Virus record (IMG/VR): IMGVR_UViG_2654587772_000002
Source of the DNA: a virus
Lineage: Duplodnaviria > Heunggongvirae > Uroviricota > Caudoviricetes
Length of the DNA: 64,000 nt
Reading direction: 5' to 3' (one strand)
Shown here: piece after piece, positions 30,954-41,825 of the stretch
Layout: the number at the start of each line of letters is the position of its first letter
Numbering within the stretch: position 1 is the stretch's first letter
Notes under the pieces: model-generated
What the model was told of the DNA's origin: nothing
Databases searched by the model: none
What the model saw: only the letters and a program-made list of their open reading frames with translations
Position numbers and translations under genes: made by a program

Positions 30954-31916
30954 TCAACTAATCGCCTCAGCACTGGCTTTTGCGATCACGGCAGCCGGGG
31001 AATTTTTTTTTCTGGTTATCGTAGGTGCTTCATCTGCTGCGGTAATGCTCAATTGAACCTGGATAATGTCGCTATTACCCCCATCAGGCCATTCACCTGA
31101 CACCTGAACCTTCGGGAAACTGAAAGTGTATGCCCCCTCTCCATTCGAAAGCGTGAAGCTGAACGGAACTGTTTCTCCAGTCAGTGTTTTACTCCAGATT
31201 TCCCACGCGGCTTTAGACCATGAAAGCGTCACCGTACCGGACGGTGTAAAAGTAGTCGGAATATTTGCTCCTGCATAAGGCGAGCCAGTCCCGATACAAC
31301 GCTGTGTCTGGAGTTTGTTATCGAACTGAATATCAAAACTGTCGATACAAAAACCGTTACCTCCGGCAACACCATTCAGGCTTACTGCTGAAACCTCCTT
31401 AAACGAATAACGTAGCTTTCCTGCACTATCCACAGGTTCGCCTTTGATAAAATTCGTATCATCGGCCTTTGATTCCCAGTCCAGTCCGGCAAAGGTTACG
31501 GTCGCTGTAATATCGCCGTCGTTAGGGATCTGCATTTTCCATGAGCCAACCTGCGCTCCTCTGACGACAGAGGCAATTCCGACATCGGACGCATAGGTCG
31601 CCAGAGAAAATGTTATTCGCTCATTCCCCATTGTCAGAGAATCGCCTGACCATTCCGCGCCGAAACAGGATGCAAGAAAATCATCATGTTGACCCCAGCG
31701 AAATTTGGTACCAACATCACCGCCGACATCCACAGTGCCAGGCGTCGCCCCCTGAGCCATCCGGGAGCCACCAATCTCATTATTTTCGCCTTTATTATGG
31801 GTGGGTTTTACTCCCCAGCTTGTGCGTTTTAATAAACTCCAGTCACCACTTGCTGGCGTAGTGCCTGCAACCGTCTCCCGGATAAATGCCGAGATAACCT
31901 TTGCACCTGAACTCAC
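30954..31916 (-). CDS. Major tail protein (gpV-like)
   Basis: Position immediately upstream of G/GT. 320 aa, Gly/Thr/Ser-rich beta-type composition. Confidence 0.75.
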   Translation of the reverse strand: MSSGAKVISAFIRETVAGTTPASGDWSLLKRTSWGVKPTHNKGENNEIGGSRMAQGATPGTVDVGGDVGTKFRWGQHDDFLASCFGAEWSGDSLTMGNERITFSLATYASDVGIASVVRGAQVGSWKMQIPNDGDITATVTFAGLDWESKADDTNFIKGEPVDSAGKLRYSFKEVSAVSLNGVAGGNGFCIDSFDIQFDNKLQTQRCIGTGSPYAGANIPTTFTPSGTVTLSWSKAAWEIWSKTLTGETVPFSFTLSNGEGAYTFSFPKVQVSGEWPDGGNSDIIQVQLSITAADEAPTITRKKNSPAAVIAKASAEAIS

Positions 31917-31942
31917 AGGAGCCTCCTATGTCATTAATTGCG

Positions 31943-32335
31943 CTAGAGCGCGCGATATGGAATTTGAAGATTAAGCTGGAACCAGCCATTCTTTTCGCCA
32001 ACGGCTATTGAGGAAACAGCCTGGTAACTGAGACGATCGTCATCCTGAAACTCAAACAGTTCCCGCAATTTATCGGCTGTCTCAGTAATGAGTTTTGAAC
32101 CAGAACCTGCGGGGACAAATAACTGAATAATGATTATCCCCGTGCGATAAACAATCGGCCCCGCGCCAATTTCATTAACTCCAGCCTGCCCGGGAATATT
32201 ACTTAACCGCGCCCAGATTAACTTACCGGAAGGATCGAACGTTGGCGCGTTCGGATACAATACGTCTTTTCCATCAATAATCGTCTGTGCCGTCATTCTG
32301 GAAATAACCGTATTTCTGATTTCAGTAAACGTCAT
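31943..32335 (-). CDS. Tail terminator protein (gpU-like, 130 aa)
   Basis: Size and position immediately upstream of the major tail gene. Confidence 0.6.
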   Translation of the reverse strand: MTFTEIRNTVISRMTAQTIIDGKDVLYPNAPTFDPSGKLIWARLSNIPGQAGVNEIGAGPIVYRTGIIIIQLFVPAGSGSKLITETADKLRELFEFQDDDRLSYQAVSSIAVGEKNGWFQLNLQIPYRAL

Positions 32336-32712
32336 TTGTAAGCCTGTAAAACACCATGAAAAGCGTTGGCATACACGCCAGTTGGCGCTTGTTGTGAATG
32401 ACCGTTTTCAAGAGCCTCTGCATAAGGAAGGTTATTCTGGATATAAATAACTCCGTAATTTGCAGCTTTCGAAATAACCCCGATCCCACGCTGAACAGCA
32501 ATCGTACCGTTCGGATCCACGTTATCAGATATACCAAAATCGGGATGCTGTAACGACACCAGGTTGTTATTTCTGAAACGTCCGGTATCAACCGGAGCAG
32601 CAATATCAATAGCAGTAAGAATCTGAATAGCGATGTAGCGAATCTTCAGCCCTACATCTTCCTCAATCATCCCGGCAAATATTGACGGTTCTATATCCCA
32701 TGCCTTTGCCAT
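32332..32712 (-). CDS. Tail completion protein (HK97 gp10-like)
   Basis: ORF track. Position in the head-tail joining cluster. Family assignment from memory. Confidence 0.6.
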   Translation of the reverse strand: MAKAWDIEPSIFAGMIEEDVGLKIRYIAIQILTAIDIAAPVDTGRFRNNNLVSLQHPDFGISDNVDPNGTIAVQRGIGVISKAANYGVIYIQNNLPYAEALENGHSQQAPTGVYANAFHGVLQAYK

Positions 32713-33096
32713 TTACGCTCTCCTTAACTGGATAGAGTAAACTGATGCGGAAGGATCTACACTTGCTGTAATTACCTCGTATCGTTGTAACTGCCTTGAT
32801 ACAGGATCATAAATCTCAATAATATGGTCGACAGCTGGTTTATCCGTAACCTCGCATACCAGAGCGGTTAATTTAAGGTCACCATGCAAAATATTAATCC
32901 CATCAATTCTGCCCAGCTTATAACGTGTCAACACGCCTCGCCCGGTATAGATTGCGGTGGATTCGCCGCCAGTTTCCGTCACAGGATCCCAGTGCCGGTG
33001 CGTAACGTAAGAACCAGAAAAATCACTCACGGCGTCCGCTAAATCCTCATCAAAAGCAGCGGCAACCTCTGACTGAATCTCTTCACGAAGCCCCAT
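32713..33096 (-). CDS. Head-tail joining / head closure protein (127 aa)
   Basis: ORF track. Position between connector and tail completion genes. Confidence 0.55.
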   Translation of the reverse strand: MGLREEIQSEVAAAFDEDLADAVSDFSGSYVTHRHWDPVTETGGESTAIYTGRGVLTRYKLGRIDGINILHGDLKLTALVCEVTDKPAVDHIIEIYDPVSRQLQRYEVITASVDPSASVYSIQLRRA

Positions 33097-33491
33097 TATC
33101 CCCCCCTCACAACCCTGACTTGTGAGCGACTAAGTCCGTACGGTTTCAGCAGTGCTATCGCAAGCTGTAAATCGGGTTCAAGCAATGCAGTGCTGTTTGC
33201 TGGCAACTCAGAAAATGATTTCGATACACTGACCCCGTCAGCCGACACGGCTTTACTGATAACAACGCCAGAATCATTTTTCTGCTGAAACAACTTACCG
33301 AATGAGGCAATTCTGGCTGCATATGCTCCCGCAAGTTTTACCTCTTCCGGAATACGGGATGGGTTAATTTTCAGGTTGAAGCCATTAAGCCAGGCATTAG
33401 CCATTAAAACAGCTTTATTTTTAGCGTTCTCACTCGTCCAGGCGTTCCCAAACGCATTATCAACGTCATCACAGGTCACGTAAGTGATCAT
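33096..33491 (-). CDS. Head-tail connector / DNA packaging protein (131 aa)
   Basis: ORF track. First gene after the major capsid gene. Confidence 0.55.
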   Translation of the reverse strand: MITYVTCDDVDNAFGNAWTSENAKNKAVLMANAWLNGFNLKINPSRIPEEVKLAGAYAARIASFGKLFQQKNDSGVVISKAVSADGVSVSKSFSELPANSTALLEPDLQLAIALLKPYGLSRSQVRVVRGG

Positions 33492-33713
33492 GTGTTACTC
33501 CTGAGTTTTCCAGCCCATAGCCTTCCAGTTGTCAACTTCATCAGGATGAACATTAGCGATAGTTGGTGCGCCGGGAAACATCTGATAATCGGTCACCATA
33601 ACCACTAACTCAATTTGCGTTTTTTGTGCGGCTTCACGCTGTGCTCTTTGCTCTTTAGTTAATCCGGCCATATGCCCCCCATTAAAAATGGGGCCGAAGC
33701 CCCGTTTGAATGT

Positions 33714-34853
33714 TTAACCAAGAATCAGACAACCATGTGCCGGCTTCACTGATGAAACACCCCATGCCAGTCCAACTTCATAGCGCACCTGGCGATACTG
33801 ACGATACAGTGCAATCTGGAACGTAATCCCTGAAATCGGGTCCGTAACATTCATTACATCATCAGCATTATCGCCACCTTCCGGCATTGCCGGAGTACGG
33901 GATGCCAGCAGAAACGCGTTGCGATCAAACGCCATATTTGCCGTAAAGGCCCCAACAACTGTGATGGCAGTATCATCGGCCAGATCCTGACGCAGTCCGG
34001 GCGCTGCAAGAGTAATCAGATTGCTGGTCGCTGCTGCCACAACATACTGATTCGGATCACCAGCGAACGTAACAATCTGACCTGCAGAAATACTCCCCGA
34101 ACCAGTATCAATGGAAATAAGAACATCGCCTTCTTTTTTCTCTCCATTCACGAGATAACCAGTTGCAGCAACCTTTGGCGCTCGTTTCACACCTGCCGAA
34201 CTGTGAATATTGAATCCCTCCAGACGCCCCAACACGCCCTCACGCAGTAGCTGTTCAGTGCCGGATTCATTCACTTTAAACAATACAGACTGTTTTCCGC
34301 GCAAATTAGCAATGGCAGTGGAGCCAAGCACCATCTGCAGATCGGTTGTCGGTGCGCCGTTATCCTCCAGAACCTGACGAGCCAGAGCAGCATCAGAAAG
34401 ATCATCTTTAACACCAAACGGCGTTGTCCCTGCGGTTCCCACGGCGCGGGAAGCACCGAAATACAACGCACCAAGATCAGCCTCAACCTCGTTTGCAAGG
34501 GCGCGAAAAGCCTGCTTGAACTGATCAGCCAGAATGGTGTTGTAAGTCCCTGAAGGGCCAAGAGCCAGTTGTTCTTCACCATTCCATTTAACCGGTGCCA
34601 TTTTGGATTTAGTAATTTTTACATCAACAGTGCCAATATTTTGATCACCGGTATTCGGAGCTGACGGCCCCGGTACGATATCTTCGGTTTTCGCCTCAGG
34701 CGCAACTGGCGCGGTTACCGTCTGATCTTTTGCTGCGGCGTCAGCTTTTGCGTTTTTTGCTACCGCAGGGATAAAACCTACCTGCTCACGGGATACAACA
34801 TCCAGGGCGGTATAAATAGTCGGGATCAACCCGGTCAGGGTATTTCCAGCCAT
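33714..34853 (-). CDS. Major capsid protein
   Basis: Start set by codon arithmetic at Met32 (MAGNTLTG...). About 379 aa. Sits between the scaffold gene and the connector genes. Confidence 0.8.
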   Translation of the reverse strand: MAGNTLTGLIPTIYTALDVVSREQVGFIPAVAKNAKADAAAKDQTVTAPVAPEAKTEDIVPGPSAPNTGDQNIGTVDVKITKSKMAPVKWNGEEQLALGPSGTYNTILADQFKQAFRALANEVEADLGALYFGASRAVGTAGTTPFGVKDDLSDAALARQVLEDNGAPTTDLQMVLGSTAIANLRGKQSVLFKVNESGTEQLLREGVLGRLEGFNIHSSAGVKRAPKVAATGYLVNGEKKEGDVLISIDTGSGSISAGQIVTFAGDPNQYVVAAATSNLITLAAPGLRQDLADDTAITVVGAFTANMAFDRNAFLLASRTPAMPEGGDNADDVMNVTDPISGITFQIALYRQYRQVRYEVGLAWGVSSVKPAHGCLILG

Positions 34854-34951
34854 AATTAAATATTCCTTAAAAATTTGCGTAATTGTGAATAGATGGAGTA
34901 ATGAGCTATCCAGCCCTGACACCAGCTCCCATCCGGAAGCTGACAAATGTG

Positions 34952-35716
34952 TTAATCAACGATTGTGATACCGTCTTTCAATGCGTTTTGCTTACCTGCA
35001 ACATCCAGTGCATCAAAAGCAGAGCGTTTCATCGTTTTCTGACCAATATCATGCTGTGTCGGACGGGAGCCGCCGCCATTGTTGCCACTGGCTTTCAGGA
35101 TGTAGTCTTTCTGAGGGTAATTTTCGACAAGGAACTCCAGCGCCTCATCAAACTGCGCCAGTTCGCCAGGCTTCGCGCGGGAATAAATTTTGTTGCCGGA
35201 AGCGTCATAAGCAACGATCCTCCCTTCTTCCACTTTGAATGCCTGCCCGAAGCGGGCTTGTAATAAATCTGCCGGGATCGCAATTTTATCGGCAATATAT
35301 TTTGAACCCGCAAAACTACCGCCAATCATAGAATCGTAAAGCTGCTTCTCCAGCATCTGAGAGCGTTGCTTTTCTTCATCTAATTGCTGCTGAAAATTTT
35401 TCGTAATTTCTGCCTTAACCTGGTCAACCTGTCCCGCATCGAGCAGCTTTTTCTGGTCGATTTTTGACAGCATTTCCAGTGCCTCGATCGCCTTCTTCGG
35501 GTCTTCGATAGCGGCAAACTTAGCCAGTTTTTCCTCTGCAGCTTCTTTAGCCAGGCGATGATTTTTTGCCTCGCCATTAAGCTCTGTAATTTTTTTTGTC
35601 GCCAGCGGTGCATCGAAGCCAATTTCTTTACCATCGTCGTGCACATAAACTGGCAGGCCAGCAGTATCAATTTCTGCGTATTGTTTTCCGTTAATCTCGA
35701 CCGTTTTCAGTTTCAT
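34952..35716 (-). CDS. Capsid scaffolding protein
   Basis: Start set at Met25 (MKLKTVEING...). Highly charged, helical, coiled-coil-like. Immediately upstream of the capsid gene. Confidence 0.7.
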   Translation of the reverse strand: MKLKTVEINGKQYAEIDTAGLPVYVHDDGKEIGFDAPLATKKITELNGEAKNHRLAKEAAEEKLAKFAAIEDPKKAIEALEMLSKIDQKKLLDAGQVDQVKAEITKNFQQQLDEEKQRSQMLEKQLYDSMIGGSFAGSKYIADKIAIPADLLQARFGQAFKVEEGRIVAYDASGNKIYSRAKPGELAQFDEALEFLVENYPQKDYILKASGNNGGGSRPTQHDIGQKTMKRSAFDALDVAGKQNALKDGITIVD

Positions 35717-35820
35717 ATTAGTACCTGGTTTAAGTCTTCCGACAGTTACGCTGCTCACCATCCGGATCGCAGCAATAAAAAAGGCCACCCGAAGGTAGCC
35801 TGTTGTAATAAATGATTTAT

Positions 35821-36936
35821 TTAAATCCCTGCTTTTCTGAATACCTGTGCATCACGCTCACGGAGCTGCTTCAGCGTCAGCCATTCGCCTTTATCGGTGT
35901 AAAATTCATCTGGCGACATACCACCATCCCGAATCAGCTTTGCTCGGGTTTCCCCCACAATCTGTTTTTGTCTGGTGTAAGGCTGACGCAAAAACCATTC
36001 CCTGTAGGTTGTATCTCCGGCCACCACGCCATCCATGCTGGCCCGCTCAGCCGGGGAAATATCGCGAACATCAATACCCAGTTCCTTCGCTGATTTCAGA
36101 ATGAACGTTTCCGTTGAGCGGCAGCAGAAATGAATTTTTCCCGGCCCCTGCAAATAAGGCACGCTGTGACCTACAGGTTTATTATTCAGCGTATATTTGA
36201 GGCGATCCCTGATTCGACATTGTGGCGTAGTACGATTATCAAGCGTTGATAACCATTGCTTACCCTTAATCAAATCATTATTCGCGCTGGCAAAACTCTC
36301 ACGGGCAGTAGCAGCAAGATGTCCAACCGCTGTTTTTGCAATGCTGGCCGCATTAGCCCGGCTCATCTGCAATGCACCATCCTGAAATCCCTTACTGACA
36401 TGTCCCCGAATTTTTCTTGCGATCTGCTCATTGGTATCCCCCAGCAAAAAACCCTGACGCACTGTATTTGTTATGCGTCTGAGCCGATCCGCCTCAAGAT
36501 CTGAGGCCCACTCACTGAGCAGTCGTCCCTGGAATGGTCGCGCCATTGCAGCGGCATAAAGTGCATCAGGAGAGATACCAACCAGAGGGTGAACATCAGC
36601 AACAAAATCAGGTAGCATAGAATCAAACAGACTTAACTGATAACCAGCCTCATAAATTGCCAGCTCGTTCAGCTCTCCGGAGAGACTGGTAAACATGCTG
36701 TTAATAGCAGTGCGGTTAACCTTTCTGACGCTCGCCAGAAGTGACTCCAGGCGCTTAACGGTAAAATTACCTGGATCGAGGCTGTCCAGTGCTATCAGCA
36801 GGCGAGCAGTAAGTTCCGCATCGCTGTCATTCAGTATTTTCACCATTCTGGCAGCCACGCCAGTGCTATAGCGGGATATCCAGACTGCATGAGCAATTGA
36901 TTCATCACGCAGCCGTTCATTCACGGTTTGCATCAT
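35821..36936 (-). CDS. Head morphogenesis / minor capsid protein (SPP1 gp7 / Mu F-like)
   Basis: Position immediately downstream of portal. 371 aa with a typical Arg-rich C-terminal half. Confidence 0.75.
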   Translation of the reverse strand: MMQTVNERLRDESIAHAVWISRYSTGVAARMVKILNDSDAELTARLLIALDSLDPGNFTVKRLESLLASVRKVNRTAINSMFTSLSGELNELAIYEAGYQLSLFDSMLPDFVADVHPLVGISPDALYAAAMARPFQGRLLSEWASDLEADRLRRITNTVRQGFLLGDTNEQIARKIRGHVSKGFQDGALQMSRANAASIAKTAVGHLAATARESFASANNDLIKGKQWLSTLDNRTTPQCRIRDRLKYTLNNKPVGHSVPYLQGPGKIHFCCRSTETFILKSAKELGIDVRDISPAERASMDGVVAGDTTYREWFLRQPYTRQKQIVGETRAKLIRDGGMSPDEFYTDKGEWLTLKQLRERDAQVFRKAGI

Positions 36937-38323
36937 TGATTTCCATCAGCATTACACTCTGATTTTTTAATTCATCGATCACTTCCTCTGGACGGGAATC
37001 CTGATCGATAAATTTCAACGCCTGCAACACCCGAACCGCATCAATCTGACGTATATCACCGCCCTGACGCAATGACTGAACAGCCAGCGCGGAGGATGAG
37101 TCAAACACCTGGGCAGATACATCCAGTTCAGTGCGCACATCCACATTGCCACCGCAACTCTCTCCGATCCATTCCGCCATTATCTGGAGAATATTATCGA
37201 GGGCATCTTCGAGGGAGTTCGCCATTGTATAAAGCGGCGAGTTTTCCTGCATTCGCTCTTCATTAGTCTGATCAACAGATTTGGTGGATGTATTTTCAGC
37301 ACGCAGAAGTTTAGCGCCGGCATGACGCATCTGATTTTCCAGCTTCTCAAGTGATGTTTCGCCAGATTCTATCGCTGCGCCACTATGTTCAACATATTCG
37401 AGGCCATTTTTTGTTCTGTCCTCAAAAATCGTAGCGGTGGATGCACCAACCGTCAGTTCTTCATTCCTGTCCAGCCCGTAGGCCACCAGCAATGGAACGC
37501 GGGTAACATGAAGAATATTGTCCTGCTCGCTCTGGCTTTGCCAGTGCTTGATATTCAGCAAGCCAAGATTAAGCAATGGCGGTGTACCACGCATAAATCC
37601 TGTTTTCTTCGTGTACAGTGTTACCAGAGGAATATCATCACGGCTGGTATTCCATGACTCATGAAGCGTCCAGACAGATTCGCCATTAGTGCCTTCGCTA
37701 CGTCGATAAATTTCAACTCGACGGGGCATAATATGGCGGATCTGCTCCACCTTCTTCTGCCCGAAATCATCACCATCAATAATGATGACCTCTTTTATAC
37801 GCAAATCAGTGAGAACAACTTTCCCTTTTTCAACTTTCGATTTCCATCCAATAACCTGGCGTGGATTCAGCATCGTAACGTACGGACGACCACCGGTCGC
37901 GTTTTCATCGGCTTTTGTACGAATCTCTTTCATATCCGTTCGTGGATAGTCCACCAGCGCATGTGCCACACCATACTGAAATGCGAGGCTGAAAAATTGC
38001 TGGGCCCACACATCCAGTCGGCTCCCCTCCATGTCGATATTTTCTGCATATTCCCTGATTTTTGCCGGCGTTTCCTCACTCAATACTGTCGGCTCTGCAA
38101 ATATGCGCCCAATATTTTGCTTGATGCTTTCTTCATACACAGGAAGTAGCGTAGCCACAGACAGGCGTTTTTTATAAGCGTCTTCATCTTCGTTAGGCCA
38201 TTTTGGGAGATAATTTTCCCCCTGCCTGCGCATTTCAAGCGTACCGCCCATCAGTGCGTCGTTAATATCCCACGCCTCCAGCATATCGTTATAGTCGAGG
38301 TTGGGTGTTGATATATCAGCCAT
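36917..38323 (-). CDS. Portal protein
   Basis: 468 aa, immediately downstream of the terminase large subunit. Acidic C-terminal tail. Confidence 0.85.
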   Translation of the reverse strand: MADISTPNLDYNDMLEAWDINDALMGGTLEMRRQGENYLPKWPNEDEDAYKKRLSVATLLPVYEESIKQNIGRIFAEPTVLSEETPAKIREYAENIDMEGSRLDVWAQQFFSLAFQYGVAHALVDYPRTDMKEIRTKADENATGGRPYVTMLNPRQVIGWKSKVEKGKVVLTDLRIKEVIIIDGDDFGQKKVEQIRHIMPRRVEIYRRSEGTNGESVWTLHESWNTSRDDIPLVTLYTKKTGFMRGTPPLLNLGLLNIKHWQSQSEQDNILHVTRVPLLVAYGLDRNEELTVGASTATIFEDRTKNGLEYVEHSGAAIESGETSLEKLENQMRHAGAKLLRAENTSTKSVDQTNEERMQENSPLYTMANSLEDALDNILQIMAEWIGESCGGNVDVRTELDVSAQVFDSSSALAVQSLRQGGDIRQIDAVRVLQALKFIDQDSRPEEVIDELKNQSVMLMEINDANRE

Positions 38324-38325
38324 AA

Positions 38326-39636
38326 TTAAATCCGAAGTGATGTGACTCTTCCGGTCGGTTTGACAATAGGGAATTGCTTAACGATGAAATAACCTCCTGC
38401 ATCATTCGGGTGATCATTGCCAGATTTTTTATCAGGCTCCCCCTTCTCATCCCAGACCTGTTGCTCCAGAGATTCGGCATATAACGGGCAACGCTTCACA
38501 TTAACTTTATAGCGACGCTCACCATTGGCATTGCAGAACATTGCATTCATTGAGTTAACGCGATCTTTTACTGGCGGGTTCGAGCTGTTCACCACAACGT
38601 TAAAACCAGCCTGCTTAAGCTGGGCTATATCCGTCGTACTTGCGTTACTTGATTTTCTGGAATCCCCGGAAGCATCTGGATAAATATAAATTTCCCTCAC
38701 TTTCCGGTAATCATTCCCATCATACAGCCAGAAGCGTTCTTTAATGATGCGGATCATATCCGGCGTATCGTAGGCATTGATGATTTCAGTTACCGCACAT
38801 GGAAGCCCCAAACGCAGCACATGGACGATTCCCGCCATCTTTCCAACGTTAAAATCCATCCCAATATAAATCGGCTCCCCTGGCTGCTCCACTTCTTCGC
38901 AATTATTCAGTTTCCGGTCAAACTGATGGTAAACAGTACCACTTGTCAGGTTAGTAAACTGTCCTCGAAGATAGGCTTTAATCAGCTCTGGAGGGTATGA
39001 TTCAAGAAGCGAAGGAATGTAATCTGCTGGCAGGTTCTTTTCATTATCGAAAGTAGATGCCTGCACCAGACCATACAGTGAGGCCAGCTCTGTTTTTTCA
39101 CGCACGGCTTTAACAAACTGCTCGTAGACAAATTTGAATCCTTCCGGCGTGGTTGTAACGTCAATACCGTTGCGAAGTCCATCAATCTTATAACGCATAC
39201 GTGCAATTATCTTGCGCCACGCCGTTCTGGCTTTTTCCTTCGGCAAAATGTCCAGTTCATCCACCAACGCATTACCAATTTTGAAACCGACGATCGTTTG
39301 TGGCTTCTCCATCGATCTGCAGATAGTGGTTCCCCGATACTGGCGTCCGTAATAAAAGTGAACCTCTTTATTTCCCTCATTAATTTTTACGTTCAATCCC
39401 CAGTCAGCAGCAACTTCTTCCACTGTAGGGTAAAAAATATCGCGAATTTGGGGATACGTTGGCGCAAAATATCCCTGATTTATACCTGGATGCTCCCAAA
39501 TCCCCTTGCATATGCCGCCACACCCAACCCATGTTTTGCCCGAGCCAAAACCAGCAATATAGGCTTTAAATTTATGGGGCATTGAAAGAAATCGCGCCTG
39601 AGGCACATTAAGCGTCGGAGAGATCATCTTCATCAC
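38326..39636 (-). CDS. Terminase large subunit
   Basis: Walker A-like AGFGSGKT near the N-terminus. Acidic nuclease-type residues in the C-terminal half. Position upstream of portal. Confidence 0.9.
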   Translation of the reverse strand: MMKMISPTLNVPQARFLSMPHKFKAYIAGFGSGKTWVGCGGICKGIWEHPGINQGYFAPTYPQIRDIFYPTVEEVAADWGLNVKINEGNKEVHFYYGRQYRGTTICRSMEKPQTIVGFKIGNALVDELDILPKEKARTAWRKIIARMRYKIDGLRNGIDVTTTPEGFKFVYEQFVKAVREKTELASLYGLVQASTFDNEKNLPADYIPSLLESYPPELIKAYLRGQFTNLTSGTVYHQFDRKLNNCEEVEQPGEPIYIGMDFNVGKMAGIVHVLRLGLPCAVTEIINAYDTPDMIRIIKERFWLYDGNDYRKVREIYIYPDASGDSRKSSNASTTDIAQLKQAGFNVVVNSSNPPVKDRVNSMNAMFCNANGERRYKVNVKRCPLYAESLEQQVWDEKGEPDKKSGNDHPNDAGGYFIVKQFPIVKPTGRVTSLRI

Positions 39637-40702
39637 TCCTTACTCTGGCATCAACCACATTAATATTGATCGCCACAGGCTGGGGATGTTCATTATCTTC
39701 CACCGTTTCGATCTCTTTGCGCAGCTTCTGGTTTTCCATTCTGCGCCGTTCAATTTCCAGTTCCTGTAGCCGTTTATCTGCACATAAAGCCCCGCCAGCA
39801 GAAAACAAACGCAACAATTCACGCCGGGCGGCAGCCTTATCCTCCAGCAGGATCTCAACGCCGAATTTTCCGAATTTTGCCCCTGCATATAATTGCCGCG
39901 CATCCCCATCAAGCAGAGTGGTATCAGCCATATAAAGCTGTCCCGTTCCCTCACCGCAGCACTTCGGGCAGTCCGGATTGGGTATGGCGTTATCAACAAA
40001 GCCGAGGCCTCCATATTCCGGTTCGGGTTTGCCATCTCTGGAAGCCTGCGCCGCTGCCTTGTCGAATTCTGCTATATCGCGCCACTGGTAGAGATGATTC
40101 TCGCCCCAGCAATAACGGCAGTTAACACGGCGAAATTGTGCAAGCTGATTGGGGTCGGCCAGGACAATAGCCATCAACTGACTCACTAGTAAATCCAGGT
40201 CTGCGGTATAGCGTTTCTGGTACTGATTGCGGAAGTAGCTGATAGCGCGAAAAACCCTGGCATTTCTAAGCATACGACTGGCGTTGCTGTTAGCTGTCGC
40301 ACCTTGCCCCTCATAACCGGCTAGTCGGTACGCCTCTGTCGGCTTTTTACCCTGAGCAACAAGCATCGCAAACTTAGCCTGCTGGTCAGAAATGCCGAAT
40401 TCATCGGGACAGAACGAAAATTCCTCCGCGTCGCCCTCATTCAGGCCCGCATCGAATACTGGCTTTTTTTCCTGAGATTTTTCGTTCCGCTTTTGTGCAG
40501 TCTGCGCAGATTTTTTCTGCGCACTTTTTTGCGCAGTTTTGCACATTTCTGTCTGCGCATTTTTCGGAGTTTTTTTGATGTAACGACGGGCTGTTGCGTA
40601 ATTCAGTCCCCTTGCTTCACACCATGCCACCGGAGATATACCGGAGCGGGTGTATTCAGCAATATACTCCTGCTGCAACGCCCCCCAGTCCGGTCTGCTC
40701 AT
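39608..40702 (-). CDS. Terminase small subunit (364 aa)
   Basis: N-terminal HTH-like segment (ISPVAWCEARGLNYATARRYIKK). Position upstream of, and overlapping, the large subunit. Confidence 0.65.
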   Translation of the reverse strand: MSRPDWGALQQEYIAEYTRSGISPVAWCEARGLNYATARRYIKKTPKNAQTEMCKTAQKSAQKKSAQTAQKRNEKSQEKKPVFDAGLNEGDAEEFSFCPDEFGISDQQAKFAMLVAQGKKPTEAYRLAGYEGQGATANSNASRMLRNARVFRAISYFRNQYQKRYTADLDLLVSQLMAIVLADPNQLAQFRRVNCRYCWGENHLYQWRDIAEFDKAAAQASRDGKPEPEYGGLGFVDNAIPNPDCPKCCGEGTGQLYMADTTLLDGDARQLYAGAKFGKFGVEILLEDKAAARRELLRLFSAGGALCADKRLQELEIERRRMENQKLRKEIETVEDNEHPQPVAININVVDARVRSDEDDLSDA

Positions 40703-40705
40703 CAG

Positions 40706-40957
40706 TTAGTCCTGATTTTTATCCACCCTGAGTAGTTCGCGCAGAGCAAAGGCATCCCCTTTTCTGGCAAGCTTAAACAATGCCGCTCGTAACTCGGCTT
40801 CACCTTTCGCTCTGCCCTTACGGATGGCCGCATAAAAATCTGTCATTGCTTCCCGATTTTCTTTCAGTCGGTTCAGATCAACATCCAGAACGTCAGCGAT
40901 TTGTTGTGCAGTCATCCGGCACGCTGCCAGAGACTCGACTTTCGAATACGGAATCAT
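40706..40957 (-). CDS. Small HTH-like protein (83 aa)
   Basis: ORF track. MTAQQIADVLDVDLNRL resembles an HTH. Abuts the small terminase gene. Confidence 0.45.
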   Translation of the reverse strand: MIPYSKVESLAACRMTAQQIADVLDVDLNRLKENREAMTDFYAAIRKGRAKGEAELRAALFKLARKGDAFALRELLRVDKNQD

Positions 40958-41825
40958 TTGTCACCCCCATTGATATGCAGGGTGTCTTCTTCCTGTATTT
41001 TTCGTGAAGGATTTTTACTGCAGCGTTGTTCCAGGTGACCTGATGGTGAATGCGTTTATGGCTGGCACCCATCAGTGAGATTTTTACGCACGACGGCGCA
41101 TACATGACGGAGTAAAAACTTTTAACGTAGGTTCCGGAATCCAGATACAGCTCGGTCATTCCGCCGCTGTTTTTCTGCGTCTGTTTCTGCCCTAACTGGA
41201 CAGCACCGATCGTCATAAACAATTCACCACAGCGACCGAGATTCGTGTACGTATTCACATCCTCGTTAATGCGCCCCATGAATGAGAACGGTCGATCAAC
41301 CGAACAGATAAAGCTGTTCATTGCCTTGCGTTTCACCCACGAAGCATGGCCGCCATTGTCACCAAGAAAATCCCCGCCCTGCGACATAGCGATGGAAAGA
41401 GCAGGTATTGATTCGTAGTACGCCAGCATTTCAGAAAGGATCGCATCCAGTTTCCTTATCGGAAAATAGGCCTGGTCATAGTTGCGATCCACCCGAAACT
41501 GGAACTCGTGATAATCATCATCGAGCTGAATGAAGTATTTACACCCGACCAGTTTTGCCAGGTCGAAACAGGCATTACGGGCGTAAAAAATTGAGCGGCG
41601 GTCACAGAAATTATCGGCTTCGTCAAAACGACTGGCGATATCGGCTTTGGAAAACACCAGCACCTGTTCACCAAATTCAGCCATGTACTGATTCCGTGTC
41701 TTATCTTCATCATCAACAACGATAAAAATTTTCCCGGTATAGCCAGCACGACGCAACGTCCGGTAAGTCAGAACTTTGTCCGGTCGCCCGTGAGTCAGAA
41801 TAAAGGCGCAAAAATCATCACGCAT
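40893..41825 (-). CDS. Hypothetical protein with a DxD-type motif (about 310 aa); possible nucleotide-sugar transferase fold
   Basis: Start set at Met8. FILTHGRPDK...IFIVVDDED and FIQLDDDYHEF motifs are suggestive of a GT-A-like fold. Weak assignment. Confidence 0.55.
   Translation of the reverse strand: MRDDFCAFILTHGRPDKVLTYRTLRRAGYTGKIFIVVDDEDKTRNQYMAEFGEQVLVFSKADIASRFDEADNFCDRRSIFYARNACFDLAKLVGCKYFIQLDDDYHEFQFRVDRNYDQAYFPIRKLDAILSEMLAYYESIPALSIAMSQGGDFLGDNGGHASWVKRKAMNSFICSVDRPFSFMGRINEDVNTYTNLGRCGELFMTIGAVQLGQKQTQKNSGGMTELYLDSGTYVKSFYSVMYAPSCVKISLMGASHKRIHHQVTWNNAAVKILHEKYRKKTPCISMGVTNDSVFESRVSGSVPDDCTTNR

Noticed and set aside
32322-32609. 95-aa minus-strand ORF overlapping the tail completion gene in another frame
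   Set aside because: It is entirely contained within the better-supported 126-aa gene, whose boundaries couple to its neighbours. Likely a frame artefact.
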